A stretch of DNA of 64,000 nucleotides, taken from Ascidiella aspersa (taxonomy: Eukaryota). Made by a program: the position numbers and the translations under genes. Within the stretch, counting starts at the first letter, position 1. Every line of letters starts with the position of its first letter. The stretch lies in the NCBI GenBank assembly GCA_963924565.1, contig OZ004612.1:806001-870000 (forward strand), in the 5' to 3' direction. Shown here in pieces: positions 26,301-41,019 of this stretch. Below the pieces are notes generated by a model that saw only the letters and a list, made by a program, of their open reading frames with translations, searched no databases and was not told the DNA's origin.

Positions 26301-29300
26301 TTTATCACTTACCAAGAGTGTGATTAAGCATGTTTCCCAGGGTTAATTATTTTACTAAAGGTATATTTAAGTTTTTGCGGACCCACTGAAAACGTTTTGC
26401 GAACTCCTGGCTGAGAACCACTGATCTAAATTATTGTACTTTAATCTCACACAAACAGTTGTACCGAGACAATTGGAGCGAAAATCGAATTCTTACAACT
26501 TACTATTTCTCAGCTTCCTTAAGCATTAGCAATGGTACCTAGATTAAGAGCCACTTTGCCTATCCTCGAATTTACAAACAACCTGTTTTCAGTTTTCAAC
26601 GAATGTAAACTTGCAACCAAAGTCTGTCAGAACAACGCTACATGTCATGATATCAAATACGGATTCGGCTGCAGCTGCACGCCCGGCTTCCAAGGAAGAC
26701 TATGTGACAAAGGTAAGGTTACACAATCCAACGCATTTGGCGTTAAATAAATTGCCAGAAAAAATGGTGGGTAGGTTTTGCTACAAAGGAAAATACTTGA
26801 CATTTGGAAAAGCGCCTTGTATCTTCAAAAAGTGATTTTTAAACTATTTTAACAGTCATGGCTTTTTTACAAAACTCTATAAATAGCAACAAAAAATAAG
26901 ATTTTGTTCAACAAAGCATCGTTTTTCTTCTTTATTTGTTAGTAAAGACAAATTACGAATAAAAGTTTGTGGCTTAGCGACTCCATGTTAAGCTTTCTGT
27001 GCGGTGATTTCCATGTAATGTCATTTTGCTGAACCTACTTCTAATGATCGTCCATTCGTGAAACCATTACGAGTAAAATAAATACAATTAGTCGTTTATC
27101 AAACGTGAGCTTAAACCTATATTTGTTCAGATATTGACGAGTGTGGCCTGACGGCTGGTTTGTGTCATACGAAAGCAACTTGCAACAACACGAGAGGATC
27201 GTTTACCTGCAATTGCAATGCTGGTTATAGCGGAGATGGAAAGAATTGCACTGGTAGGTTTAGCGTTATTGGATCTTGGTTAACTAAGAAATTCTACAGT
27301 TCTTTTTATCTGAATTTCACAATTCGATTGCTCCTTAATAACAAGGGGCAAAACAAATGCAATGCGCAACATTGGTTTAACCACGGGCTTCGTTATTCAA
27401 AGTAACGATTTGTTGCATAGCTTTCTCTATTAAAAAATGAAACTAACCATTAAAAAAACTATAATTATATTTACCCTGTCACGTGTCGATTTCGATCCGT
27501 CTGCTTTCCTAACACAACTGTTTCACTTATAATAATTATATAACCTCGCTAAAAATGGCATTTTTTATTTGGAGAAGGAATTTGGGAGAAAGATTAACCT
27601 GAAAGTAGTAAAGTCAATTTTAAAAAGATGTTCAATATGAATTTGAGGATGCTATAAGAAACGTTTATTTTGATTTTAAGAGTGCAAGTTTTTTTTTAAT
27701 TTTATAGTTTTCAATCAGTCAATTTTGACGAAAGAAGCGAACATAATGTTTTACAAAAATAAAAACCGTTGCTTTTTAAGGAGAGCTTATTTTCAGCATT
27801 TTATACTATACCTGTAGAAACAGCTTATCAATAGATCTAAAGAAGTTTGGAAACCGCCCTAAAATAATTGCGCAAAGCATTTCTGATCAAAAATAAACCA
27901 GGCGACCGGTTCTTCCCAAATCTCTATAAAATCTGCATTAATAAATCTGTTTTGTTGTTTTTGCAAACTTTAACAAGCCAGCACAAAACTAAGAATAACT
28001 TCATGAAACGACATGTCAAATTTGGGACAGAAAGGAATTCGACATGTCATTTTATGACGTAATTATGTGTCGTCTTGTTTAATTATTTCTATACAACAAG
28101 CAAAATTCCTGGACCAAGCGTTCTAGGGTTTAAGTTGTTGGGTTGCAAAACACGAACATTTCAATTAAATATCACTAAATAGCACCAAGGACAACACTAT
28201 TTATTAGAGATAGCGCCAAATCATAAAAATAGGCACGGCACAACACAACCCAAAACTACTTTATTATATTGCTTAACGTCATCTTTGTTCAGATATTGAC
28301 GAATGTGGCCTGGCTGGTTCGTGTCAAAATGCAGTTTGCAAAAACACGAAAGGATCGTTTACCTGTGCTTGCAATTCTGGTTATAGCGCCTATGGCATTT
28401 GCACTGGTAAGAGTTCTGTGTAAATTAACCAAACCATTAGTTTCGTTTAGCCTGTTCTAAATTGTGCAAACTGTTGAACCTCGCACAATTTGCCAGTGTA
28501 CAGCCGAATAGGTTTTAGATTTAGGACAAACTATTTTGCAATCTAAAAAACGTATAGTTTGAGGAAAACTACAAGTGGTGAATAACACTTTTTTAAAATG
28601 GCCTAAAAATGCGCGGCTAATACCTTGAAGTGTTTTCTTAACGTTAAACAATAAAAATCAAAGTTTGAAAAGCCGACAAGCAGAAACCTGCCGCCTATGA
28701 TTTTATATTCCATAACGATTCATTCTTTCACACATACATCGCAGTAAACATATATTCAGCAGTGCGACTAAACCTTGATTTTCCTAAGCTTGTTACGCGG
28801 GAGTCAAGGATGGAAGGGTGAAAGACTCACAGATGATGTCTTCGGGCTCTCGTGCTGGTAACCCTCCAGGCAACGGCAGACTTGACGGTCCTAGTTCTTG
28901 GGCGGTAGACAGTGCGTAACCTTTCACATTTGAGCCTACATTTACTCAGCGCCATTTTAACTATTTGAGATTTTCAGAAAACCCAGGTGGAGATTTGCTT
29001 ACGGTGGATTTTCTTGGAAACAAAAAAATCTATGGAATTATAACCCAGGTATTGTATTGTGCTGGTTTTAGAGATGTATGCCTTGGAGGGAGTCGGCAAA
29101 CTTTTTGCATCGCTGATAAATCTGACATATTATCGCGGACCGGCCTTAACAAAAGAAATGTTTAGTTATGGAAATTTAGAACAACTTTTATTTTTATTTT
29201 TTTTTAATTTATTAGGACGACAAAGTTACGTCGTAGTAAAACCTAATATAACGTAATAGCAGTACGAAAAGATGCAAGACAAGAATATTTTAAACCTACG

Positions 29301-30360
29301 GACAGTAACCAACCTTTAGCGGACCAGTGGTTGCCGACCACTTGTCAATAATGTAGAATCTTTGCTAAACCACTCGTGGTTCAAAGCTGTTCATTTGCCA
29401 CAATGCGCTAGTTATTTACTGTTTTTGCAAGTATATTAAACTGATTATTGGATGGGAAAAATAAACTTGAAACCTAATGTTTTTGCTTCATAGGCCTTAC
29501 TGTGTCTTCCTATTCTAGGGTGCTGGAGCACAACAATATTGGGTGACCATGTTCTCTATAGGCTACCAACCCGATGGGGCAAATAAATTCCAATCTGTTA
29601 AAGAAGGATCCAAAGTTAAGGTTGCTATTTATTTGTATTTTATATATGTTCTCCTCACTTTTATCAATTTGATATTTATCAACCTAAACATCGGTATGAA
29701 TTAATTTTGATGTTTTAACTAATTATCTTTTACATAAAAATAGTATTAATTTTTTTAACATTGTGTTAAATATTCTAAGGATGCTTAAAAAAAGTATTTT
29801 TTGACAATTTCACGTAAATGCAAACACTATTTTGTCTTTCACCACTTTGATAAACTTGGATTGGCTCAAATGCGTCCTGCGTCGCACCATCGAAAACTAA
29901 CGTTTTAAAATTAAACAGAAAAATAGAGTTTTTTGCTTTGCGAGAATCGATAACATCTTTATAGTTGTGGCCTCATGAGTTCTGCTGGTCTGCGTTTGTT
30001 TGCATTCTCAAAGATTTTCTTTTTCAAATCAACCAAAAGACAAACCACCCAAATATACATCGAATCCGGATAGCTTAGTCTAATATCCAATTTTCTCTCA
30101 TGGGCTTAAATTATTTCAGTTTAATCTCCAGGTTATTCTTATTGGGACAAGAGAACAGCCAACAGATAAAAATACTCAATGTTTAGATCTAAACATAATT
30201 TGATTAACAATACAAATTACAGATATTCATCGGCAACAATGATGCAACTAGTCACAAGATCAACCGATTTCCAACTCCAGTTACAGGCCGCTACTTTCAA
30301 CTGTTGATGAAATCTTTCTCTGGTTGGCCTGCTCTTAGATTGGAATATCTCACATGCTAA
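23308..30360 (+). CDS. Secreted LCCL-LCCL-EGF-cbEGF-cbEGF-F5/8 type C (discoidin) protein, 12 coding exons, 479 aa
   Basis: Exons 23308-23392, 24064-24225, 24504-24626, 24873-25025, 25558-25683, 26593-26712, 27131-27253, 28293-28406, 28789-28911, 28978-29048, 29519-29620 and 30223-30360. All introns are GT-AG, phases are consistent and the total is 1440 nt. Signal peptide [23 protein letters not shown] motifs [17 protein letters not shown] and [11 protein letters not shown]. Two DIDEC cbEGF starts. The F5/8C domain has GRLDG..SW, GIITQG and [12 protein letters not shown]. Confidence 0.9.
25063..25490. repeat. Intronic 11-bp minisatellite: (GGCTGGGCTTT)x9 then (GGCTGGCCTTT)x29
   Basis: Directly visible. 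It lies in intron 4 of the LCCL gene and explains the three spurious [11 protein letters not shown] ORFs. Confidence 0.97.
25873..26423. mobile_element. hAT MITE in intron 5 of the LCCL gene
   Basis: TIR CAGTGGTTCTCA / TGAGAACCACTG; TSD ATTTAAAT / ATCTAAAT. Confidence 0.85.
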
Positions 30361-31719
30361 ATAGAATTTTTTCCCGTTGGAACAAAATACATCAGGATGC
30401 TCAGAAATATTTTTGTTTCTAAGTTTGAAATAATCTGTTGTTTTTTGCTTGTTTAGTGCTTAATTTTTCTCTAGATTAATTTTGCCTTTATTGGGTAAGC
30501 TTTTGAAACATCAATATGACGTCATATAGCTACGTAACTTAAAGTGACGGCAAAGACGGTTAATTTCAAAAAGGCGGCTTCACAAGTACTTTATCACAGT
30601 TGTTGAGCTCATATGTGTGGGCTTATGTATCTTTCACCGTCTTGGTTAATGGTTTCTTTTGTGCTTTAGTTCTCTATTGATCCGATATTAACTCATTGAA
30701 TCTAAATAGATGTGTTTTAGTAATGAAGATCTGTTATCGTGTATTTATTATTGCTTAAGCGAAAAACATGGACGCCTATATTTTAATATAAACTTCTTTC
30801 GATATATGTATAAACATCCTGACACTTAAATAGTTAAACCTAACGTAATCCTTTTATATACCAACTTGCATTTATCTGTTTGGTGTTGGCTGTTTTATTT
30901 AATATATGTTCTATTAACAAAACCACCAGCTGTAATGGCAGATTATATAAAAGACCAAATTACATACCTAAGATACTTTTTATAAAAGAATCACTTAAGA
31001 AACTCTCTTCAAGATATTTAAAAGTAGATTTCCAAACTTGCCAAAACTTAAGAAAATTTCAAAACCCACTTTTTTGAAGCGGTTTTTTATGTTTGCATTT
31101 TTCCCAAAGACAGATAATGCTATTTAAAGCGAGGCAAATATCCTTAACTATCTGATATCACAGTGAATTTGAAGTTAAATGTAATAATATTTGTTCTAAA
31201 TATGTGACTACAGAGAAACTTGTGTAGTCTAAGTAAAGCCTAAAGTTGTTGTGTCGGGCTGGCCACAACATGAAGCAAACGTGACAAACTTTCATTACAT
31301 TTCGGAACAGTCTAAAGATGATTTTCTATTTAAGAAAATACATATGTATCATTAAAATGCCACAGTTGGCAGCGAATTCGGGCAAAACAAAAAAATGACC
31401 GACTTTAATTTATGTAAGCTGTTGTAACTATGAATTTATGTCAGGCCACTCTGAATATAACTTCTTTTGTAAAACCCTCTGCATTAAAGGATTGAAATGT
31501 ACACACCAGTTTTTATTCCACTTTTTATAGATATAACATACATAAATCAATTTATGCAAAACGGTTCTTTGAAAAGCAATGAAGGTTTTACCTTTAAAAT
31601 GTTTGGCGAGTTGACTAGAACTTCAGTTATTTTGCAAATAATTAGCATAAAAATAAACAGATGAGCAAGTTGTAGCAATATAATAAATATTTTGAGAATT
31701 TTTTTAGGTTAAATCTTGT

Positions 31720-31910
31720 AAGCTTCTAAAAATCAAGATCCTTTTACAATTGTCGCTTCCACCGCTCGATGTCGCCATTGAGCTCGATTAATTAACCGCG
31801 ATCAAATGGCTGAAGCTTAATCTGAGCAAGGCTGACAGAACAACACGGCGCTGCGAATGAGAGATGGTTCATGTTCGCATACATCAGTTGATTTATCGTT
31901 TATTTGTCAC
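31720..31910 (-). pseudogene. Decayed 5' relic of a divergent NTase-TPR paralog (relic 3)
   Basis: Contains aacaacacggcgctgcgaatgagagat, the same string as the ISLIRSAVLL segment of copies 3-5. Confidence 0.62.
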
Positions 31911-34516
31911 TATTTGTATTTGTTTGGGTTTATGAGGGTTAATAGGACGGGTAAGCGTTCGATTTAGAGGACTTACTATGGGAATTAGTGATGAAGTTGA
32001 GGGTAGGTTTTTAGGTTAGTTAAATGGTATTTTAGGCCTTATTTTAAAATATATTAAGCCTTATTCTAAAAGGTTTAGGCCTTTTTTCGATAATATATTA
32101 TTGCGACACTTATTTGTTAGTCTAATTTTGGTTCAAACTTTAGTATTATTTTGACGTTGATGTTTCTCCAATTTCTGCTTTATTAGTGGAATCAATTGAA
32201 ACTTAAACCACCTAAACACAATACTTTGAGTCAGTTTAAATAAAGTTATTAGAAGCCTTTTTATTTTGCTCGACATAAACTTTGTATAATTTCACTAATT
32301 TTGATAATTTGACCTTTGTAGTTGTAACAAATTTAATTAAAACGTCTGGTTTAATTTAGACTGTTTCTGAAGTGGTGATTCTATCGTTTTATTTAATCAA
32401 AACAAATTTGATTTAACTGTTTTAATTGTGTTTTCAATTGATTTTTTGTAATATATGTGGCTAAATGCAAAGTGTTTACTCATTTCCTGGAGGTAAATGT
32501 TTTTTATCGCACGTGTTCTAGTTTCATACCATGGTAATAGGTCCATGATACTGGGGTGTAAACAAAGACGACATTTATCCATAAATAATTGAATCTAACG
32601 CAAATAAATTATATTAACTTCACGATTGTATTATTTTCACCAATAAACACAAACAGCGACGTTTACAAAAGTGATCACCCAACCAGCAATTTGCATCCAC
32701 ACATAAAAGCACCCAGACATAATATAAACAAGCACATAAATACACCTTCATACTCGATACACGCACTCGTATAATGCCGGCAAAGTAGGTTATAGTCACC
32801 GCTGTAAATATGCTGACTCGCGATGAAGTTTGAATACACCGTTGGTGCACAACAAGCTAAGGTTTGAGCCAGGGTTGTCAGATGCTGGGTTAAGATTAGG
32901 ACATTGTTGGTGTAAAATTCGGACATTTTAGGTAAAATAATATTTAGCAAGGACCTATAGTGCAAGACTAAAGGGAATCAATGGAGTTAGCTGTTCTTGG
33001 TAAGCAGTCAAAATTCCTTACAAAGTTACAAAACATTTAGTCTTTAACGGTAGTCCAATAATAAACCTTTCTGTAAATTCTATTTCCTTTTGCCAAAACT
33101 GCAACACCAATTTTCTTACTGGAATTATGTGGATGATTTAGAAAAGGCCATGTAAAAGTTATGATACCGCTGACAAGTAGAAATACTTTGCTTATAATCT
33201 ATTGTAAACCTAGCATAAAATTTATTGTAAGTTGGCCTAAATTTCAATTTGGAACTAAAGCGCCCTATACTACACCTGACGCTTTTATGGTGCACAGAAT
33301 TATTCTATAAATACGCATCAAAATCGTGCAAAGCGCGAACATTTTTTGATTTATGTTGGTAAAGTTGGTATAAACAATTTTGGAAGCCTCGTGAGCCCGT
33401 GGTTTTACTTCATCCCACAATGTTTCAAATAAATTCGGCCAAATCAGGACAGAAAGCTTACTGTTCCAATAGTTTTCAAACCGCCGGACACAGCAGTTAA
33501 AATTAGAACAATATATCCTTTTTGGTCCGAATTTAGGTAAATTCTGGTTTGAGCGTCCATTCCCCCCCACACGCGACCCCCTAGACAACCCCTTGCGATC
33601 CCCTTGGGGGTCGCGACCCCCAGTTTGAGAACCATCGGTATAGAAAAAAATATTAACAAAAAATTAATCCATTAAACAAACCAAATCTATCAATATTTTA
33701 CCGAAGCTAAGATAACTCTCGAAATGAAACCAAAATCAACTTGATTAAAGGAATGGCAATTTAGAAAAGTGACATTTTAGGAAAATATATTACGATTTTG
33801 TCATAATTATAGTTATTTTATCTTGCAAAATCAACAGAAATCCGTTTATGAAAGTTTTAATGGTCGTAAGATTATGACTTTGCCAGTTTTTGCGGACACT
33901 TTAAACGTATAAATAAACTAGTCTACTAGCGGTTACTAATCTTTTGTTTACAATACACTACAGATTTGGTTGGAATGAGTTTTTTAAGATTGTTTAGTAA
34001 TGATTTTAGCCTGGATTTTTTTGTGATGACCTTTCAACTGGTATTTTATAATTTTTTCTCTAGGTTATTTACTTGGCAGGTCACTTGAGAAAACGCTTAA
34101 AATCGTTTGATATTTAACTTGTATGCTAGAATAGGCGACCGCTGCTCTACCAACTGAACTATTAACAAAGTGAACAAACTAATGTTTTATTAAAAATGAA
34201 AGAAAGTTTAATTTTTTCGATTTTAGTTAAACAATATGTCTGGAACATCACAGATCTTCTTAACTTTATTAATAACATCCTAAAATCATATTGACGCTGT
34301 AAATCATTGTTAAAAGGCACCGGGGGTCGAAACAAACGATCGAAAAATAGTTTTTGATTTATACGCGACAAATTTAAAAGGGCAATAAACAGGAATACTT
34401 AAGTCCATTGGCGGACACCAGTTCATTCAAAGGAGCTCAATAATTAAACAGAAGTTTATTTTTTTGTGATTAAAAGCTCGACAAGTTTTATATTGCCATA
34501 GCATCGGTTAATTGTC

Positions 34517-37501
34517 TCACTCGCCAAAGGGATGGTCGAATTCTCTCCAAAACTTGATTGCTGTGTTAAAACTCTCGACTGCTCTTTTAATTAGTTTCAT
34601 CTGCCAATAACATTCACTGATTCCCAAGTGACAACCTGCAATATGCATCGCTGCTTCTTGATCAGGAACCGACGTCAAATGAAGTTCGATTTCTTGTTCA
34701 AAACATTTCACCGCATTTTCAAACTTGCCAAGTTGTTGATACGAACAACCGGCATAACAAATCGGATATGTATATTCTTCTGGTGACAATATTGTGTATA
34801 CTTGCTGTTTTTCGAAATTATTAACAACCTGCTCAGGTTTGTTTAATTCAAAGCTACAACTAATGAGTTTCTTATAACAACTTCTAATCATGTAATCTAT
34901 CTTTACCGTTTTATGAAATCCCAAAAACATTCCCAAAGCAGTCTCCAGTGTGTTAAAAGCTTCCTCGTACCGTTTTCGTTGGTAGAGACAAACTCCAGAG
35001 CTTAATTGCACATTTGAAACTAACCACATAAAGTTATGTCCCTGATGTCCATCACATGTGGAGATTGCTTTTTCAAACTGATTTAACGCTAATTTGTAAT
35101 TATTATTGTTGTAGTTATGTATTCCAATACAGAAATACATTTCAGCCCTGACAAGAACTTTACGTCGCTGAAATTGTTTACTTGAAGGAAAGAGCTCATA
35201 AGCTTTCTTATACAATTTACTTGCTCGTAGAAAGTTTTTCTTTTTTACTTGAACTTTAGCCCGGAACGCTTTGACTTCAGCAGGAAGATTATCTTTGTCG
35301 TCTGGAACGTAATGTTTGTTTTTAGAAATATTTTCAGCCATTTCAATTGCCTTTTCAGCTTCTGTGTAGTTTTCCATTGTGATGTAAGTTTGAGCAAGTT
35401 CTAGCAATGCACCTGCTGTGTCGTTATCTGAAGTTTGATCGAAGGCGTTTTCACGACATTGAAGTAGATATTTCTTTCCGTATTCAATGCTTTCTTGGTA
35501 TTCACCAATTCCATGGTAATACCGAGCAATACAGAGTTGTGCATCTTCCGAAACATTGTCTTTTAAAAGAAAGTTGAGCATGTTACCGGCCTTTTTAAAC
35601 AAATGCTCTTTCACATATAATGTCAACAATTCACATTGGACCAATTGTGTAACCATAATTGTGCTGCTTGAATGCAAGGCTTGTTCGTGGCATTTAATCG
35701 CGTCAAAGTTCATTTCAAGTTCATAGTAACATCTTCCCATCACATGCAAGGTTGAAGCCCGATTTGGATCGTGGTCCTCCATAAAATTTAAAGCATGTTG
35801 AAAGAACTTTAAAGCGGTTTTACGCTGATGAACTCTATGGTGACAATAGCCTTCCCAAATGCAACTCATTTTTTTTGTTCCTCTTATCTCAAAAATATTT
35901 TTGCTTTTGCATTTTTCAATGACCTTTATTGCTTCGTTATACAAACGTAAAGATATAATCGACTTTACAACACGAAACCAAGTTGATTCTTTTGATTCAG
36001 ATTGCTTGATGGTGAACATTTGCAAAAAGGAAGCAAGTAAGAAAAATTCAACAATTCTGGATTTTCCAAATTTTTCAAGCAACAAATCATGAAAAGGTTC
36101 GAATCTTGCGTCAAGATAATCGCACTGGCCGGAGTATTTGAAGTAAACCCGCAACCTAACTTCACAGGCGAAAGCAAGTGCGAACATAAAATCATCTGAT
36201 TGTTGCTGTGATATTTGGCTTGGAGTCAATTCCCGCAGAATATCGAAAGAAGACGACGATTTACAATTATATCGTCTACCAAGTGCTGCTATAAACAAAG
36301 TAACGCTTCGAAATACGACGCTTTTGATGTTTACTGAGTTTACATCATGAATTAAACCCAAGCATTTATCGATGTTGAATTTATCAGTATCTTCTCTAAG
36401 TTGGTTTTCTAGATTCTTATCGAAACAAGTTTGTTGTAAGATGTCAATTGTTTCCATTTTCATTTGATCGTAGATTGCATCATCGCCACAAACAAAGCAT
36501 ATTTTAGTTAAAATATCGCCCAAGTGGTAACCGTTTTTAAGGTCAACATCCCTTCCAAGATATTCAAGCATTTCAGAAACAGGTTTGATCAGCTCAGTAT
36601 CCCAGGGTTTGTTCGGTGTAGCCGACCTACCAAGTGGGAACTTGCAAGCAAAAGTAACCATTCCATCAAACGAAATGCCACGAGGTGTGTGTGCGCATCA
36701 AAGAACCAGCCCTTGCCATTATTTTCCTCGGGATCATTAATGAAAGGCAACGAAACGTGAGGTATTAGGGTTTCACCAAAGTTTATAACCACAACTTGAA
36801 ACATCACAGACACCCAACGGAAATATTCAAGTATTTCTTTATAATCTGAACGATTTTGAACACCTTCTTCCAACAAATAGATGTGCTCGAAATCTGAATA
36901 AGGAGTGATTTCATTTCTAGCAAGTGATCCCATTCCAACCAAAGCATATTTGCAAGGAGCTGGACCTCTAGCTTCCACACAAAACTCCATTATATCTGCC
37001 ATACGCCACTTGTATTTTTCCGTGATGATATTTTGCAAACTCTCTATCAGACTAGCTCTACGTTGATCGGTTTGTGCAAGTGAAATTGCTTTTAACGCAA
37101 TATCCTTTATCCAACACCGAAAAGTCTTTCACTTTAGTGACAGATGCTTCAACCAGTTGCTTCAAACTGTCCACACTGGTGTCATGGCTGCCAGCAAGTA
37201 GAAGAACACGAGAACAAAGCTCATCGAGATCTTTCTCAACCTCAGCAACGTTGTCAGGTTTCCTCACAACAGCTGCATTTAACAACACGGCGCTGCGAAT
37301 GAGAGATATTTTCTTGTCTCTACCCTCGGGTAATTCATCAGCTATTTCGTGATATGCCAGGCCGAGTTGATGGATAACTTTGGCGGATTGTTTTACTTTA
37401 CGTTCCTTTCCGTTTGCGTAACATAATAACTTTAATTCCTTTGCAAGTTCGAAAGTTTTATCTTTGTAAATACCAGCTTTATTATCTGAGCACTCTTGCA
37501 T
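34517..37501 (-). pseudogene. NTase-TPR copy 4, frameshifted
   Basis: ORF pieces 37058..37501, 36589..37038 and 34517..36661. Extra A at 37120-37123, extra GT in the (GT)n at about 36685-36692, and the same C-terminal extra G as copy 2 at 34529-34531. Confidence 0.8.
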
Positions 37502-40068
37502 ATTACAACTGTTTGTAAGTTTCTAAAAAAGCAATTGCTGTAAAGTATTGAAATACAAATTACAATCAATCAGGTTATTTAGCTGTTAGCTGCACTTCTG
37601 TTTTATAAACAGTCTTTAGTATATTTCAGGTATTAGCAATTCCTTAACTAAAAGCAACCAAGTAGGCCTACTACTGACTGTACTTTTTTCTACAATGTAA
37701 CTACAGCACAATGTTTGACCGAACAATACAAGTAGGCTGTTTGTGACGCGACAATAAGTATGGAACCTGGGCCATTGTTTCAAAAAAGCGAACTCCGAGC
37801 GAACATAATCCCAGTGGTGTTTGTTACAAACTGCTATCAGAACAAATAGACACATTCTTTTATAATTTCATAAATACAGCTAAAAACAAAATCTGCATAT
37901 ACCTACACATTATATTTAGGCAAATATTCATAAATCTATATATTTGTTTTTTTTTAATTTCACAGTTTTATTGTAATGTGCATCTGTCTTCCTTTTACAA
38001 GTGCAAAGTAAAGTTTCAAGGTAAATTGTGTTTTTTTTGCAAATTTTACCAAAGTTATCAAAATAGAAAAATGCCAAATAAAATAAAAACACATATCAAT
38101 GTAAAGTTATTGTTTTTATGCAAAAACAATTAATGTTCGCGCGAACCCTATATAAACAACAACAAGTGGTTTAAAGCGACTAACACTTGATATCGTTAGA
38201 ACTTAATTATTGAGAAAATCTGCTGCTCCAAAGCTTTGATGCTCGACTCTCTGTGGTTTACCTCAACTCTATGTTAATTAGTGTCAACATGAAACGTGAT
38301 AAGATAAGAAATAAAAGCGCCGAAAAGTAACGTGAGTGAAGAAGCAAGATTGACAATAGAAATGGTAAAAATAACACACAACCAACGATAAAATAACAGA
38401 TGCAACGAAATTATACAGTTGCCAAATCGTATTAGCAAAACGGTATAGACAAGTGAATAATAAAACATAGGAAAATGTGAACAATGTTTACAAAGCTTCA
38501 ATATTAGCCGATGGGTAACATACTGTGATCTGTACAGTAATTAAACTCCCAATCCTAGAGTGTTAATTATTTTCCCTGACACATTTTCGTCCATTCAGTG
38601 AAAGTTGATTCCGATCTCTCTCGCTCTACAGACTCGAGACTTAAGTAAACAAAAGGAAGGTGTTACGTAACAATGCCGAGCGCTGCGCTGTATTTTGACG
38701 CGTGTTGCCATACAATGGATTTTAGAATTTGAGATCCTTGATATTTTACAAACTCTGGTTTGCTTGAAACCGCTTGATATTTAACTTGTATGCGGGAATA
38801 GGCGACCACTGCTATAACAACTGACTATCAACAAAGTGAACGAACTAATGTTTATCCGTATTTTGAGAAAATTTTTACTTCCTAACAAAACCGCCTCCTT
38901 TATTCTTCTAGCTAATCCTACAATTTTAATAAGATCTATAGTTATATCTTTACATAAAAGATGTTGAATTTTTTTTTTAATTAAATCTCATTATATATTT
39001 TTCAATGTTTCTCGAAATGTCTCAATGTTCGCTCCTGGTTCACATATGCGGCTTTTTATTGCAACAGAGCAGTGGGATCTATGACGTCACACTTGCGTCG
39101 GGTAGTTAAGTATTCAGTTAACCGATTTCAGACACATTTGTTGTGTAATTATGTGGGCCGAAAATTTATTTCGGGACATATCTTGTTATTGCCGTTACAT
39201 GTGTCAGACCGATTTTTGTCCGAAGCTTTATAGAAAAAGTATAGATCGCAGAAATCTCAAATTTTCACACATGGCGTAAAGTGATATGTTGGTGTGCGTA
39301 AGAGGTTTTTGAGTCTGCACCCCTAGGGGCCTTTGACTGGGGGACAAAAATATAAAATATTGTGACGTCATCGTTTAGGCTTTTTGTAGCTATCGAATCC
39401 CATCTAGCGGGGAAAAAACTTCAGTACAGAATTTGTTCAAATCACTTGCTTTGTTCAGCTCGCGAAGCGAAGAAGCGACTCGACGCCTGCTGCGCTTTAT
39501 TGTCCCGTGGTGCGACTTTCATTGTGCGCAGAGTGGCTCGTCTTAGTAATCCATTGGCAACAGTAAGTATACCATTAGCGTTAAACTATCTAAAGAGAAT
39601 GATTATATTGCTTTTTAAACATGTCAGCTGTCCAAAATTTAATAATATGTCCGTACGCAATATCTGCATGAAGTTTATTTATCTAATATAATTTTCAAAC
39701 ATTCCCCAAATACCTCGTCAAATATAAATTTATTTTTGCGGTAACACACGAAGATGTACAAAACTTTCACCAGTCGTAGAACGCAGGGAAGCATTGCGAG
39801 AAACTTCATTTATATGACGTTCGTGAACTGTGTCACCAGAATGGACCAGAAGGAAAAAAACTTAAAAAGTTTTCACGAAGATTAATTTTTTAGGCGGCAA
39901 GTGCCTATTGGTCACTATCTCTGGAAACAGGATTTTTGAGGTGGCAAAAAAGAAATTGAATACAAAGTAAGTATTTTGATAAAGTGAATATTTTTGACGC
40001 CCCATAGATGTTTTTGCTTGCAGAAACAAGTTAGGGAAACTATAGAACATGCAACGTTTATACTAAAC

Positions 40069-40605
40069 CAGGGATATCCAACCCGCGGCCCGCCTGATAT
40101 TTACGTGCGGCCCACCACTTATTGTCACTTTCATTAGCTATTAAAAACAATTGTTTCGAATATCATCAAAATGTGAAAAACCCGCAATATTTGATGTAGA
40201 CCTAATCTACTATCTTTTCTGAGACTATAATGGAGTCTAATGTCCTAGTTCAACATCCATCGAACACTTATGTACCATTCGTTTTCGAGAAAAAGTTAAG
40301 CAAGATGTGCATTTTCTAAATGTGTGTTTTTTGCGGACCGTTTTAAGGAAATATATCAGCCCTAAGGTGTCGTACCATGGCATTACACGGCACTTAAACT
40401 CAATTTTTCGCGCTTGGTGCGATAAGGCCGATATTACCTTGCATATTTGCTCACGAGTTCACTCTCGAATAGCGGATGTTTATAAGTTAAGTTGTTTTAC
40501 GACGTAACTTATGACGTCACCCCTTTAATTTAAAGGGTTTTGCGGCCCATCGAAAATTTTAAAGTGGCAACGCGGCCCATTCTGCTAAAAGGTTGGACAT
40601 CCCTG
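40069..40605. mobile_element. hAT MITE
   Basis: TIR CAGGGATATCCAACC / GGTTGGACATCCCTG; TSD TACTAAAC / CACTAAAC. Confidence 0.85.
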
Positions 40606-41019
40606 CACTAAACCTTAAACCAAAGTCAAATATTAATATTTGAAAGCAATCCTGATAAGTAACGCTATTTATAACCGTCTACTACCCCCCCCCCCCAAAA
40701 AAAAAAAAAAAATAAACACTAAACCCTGTAAATATACCCTCCTGATAAAATATACAACAACCGAACCCCCGTTTATTATTGTGTCTCCTTTCCTGCTCAG
40801 TAACAGCAGAATATTTTCATTCCTTTCGCTTTGCTGAACTTCACTTTACTTCAAATCTTTTTTTTTGTCACTAGCCGTTACACTTTTAGCTTTACACTCC
40901 TAATTTCTCATTGTTTACTGTTTCAGCCTTGAAGGGACATCCTTCGTTTGCAAACTGTTTTGGAGCAAGCGAGCTAGATTCGATCAAGAGACCATCGTTG
41001 TTGTTCGCGCCAAGCGGCT

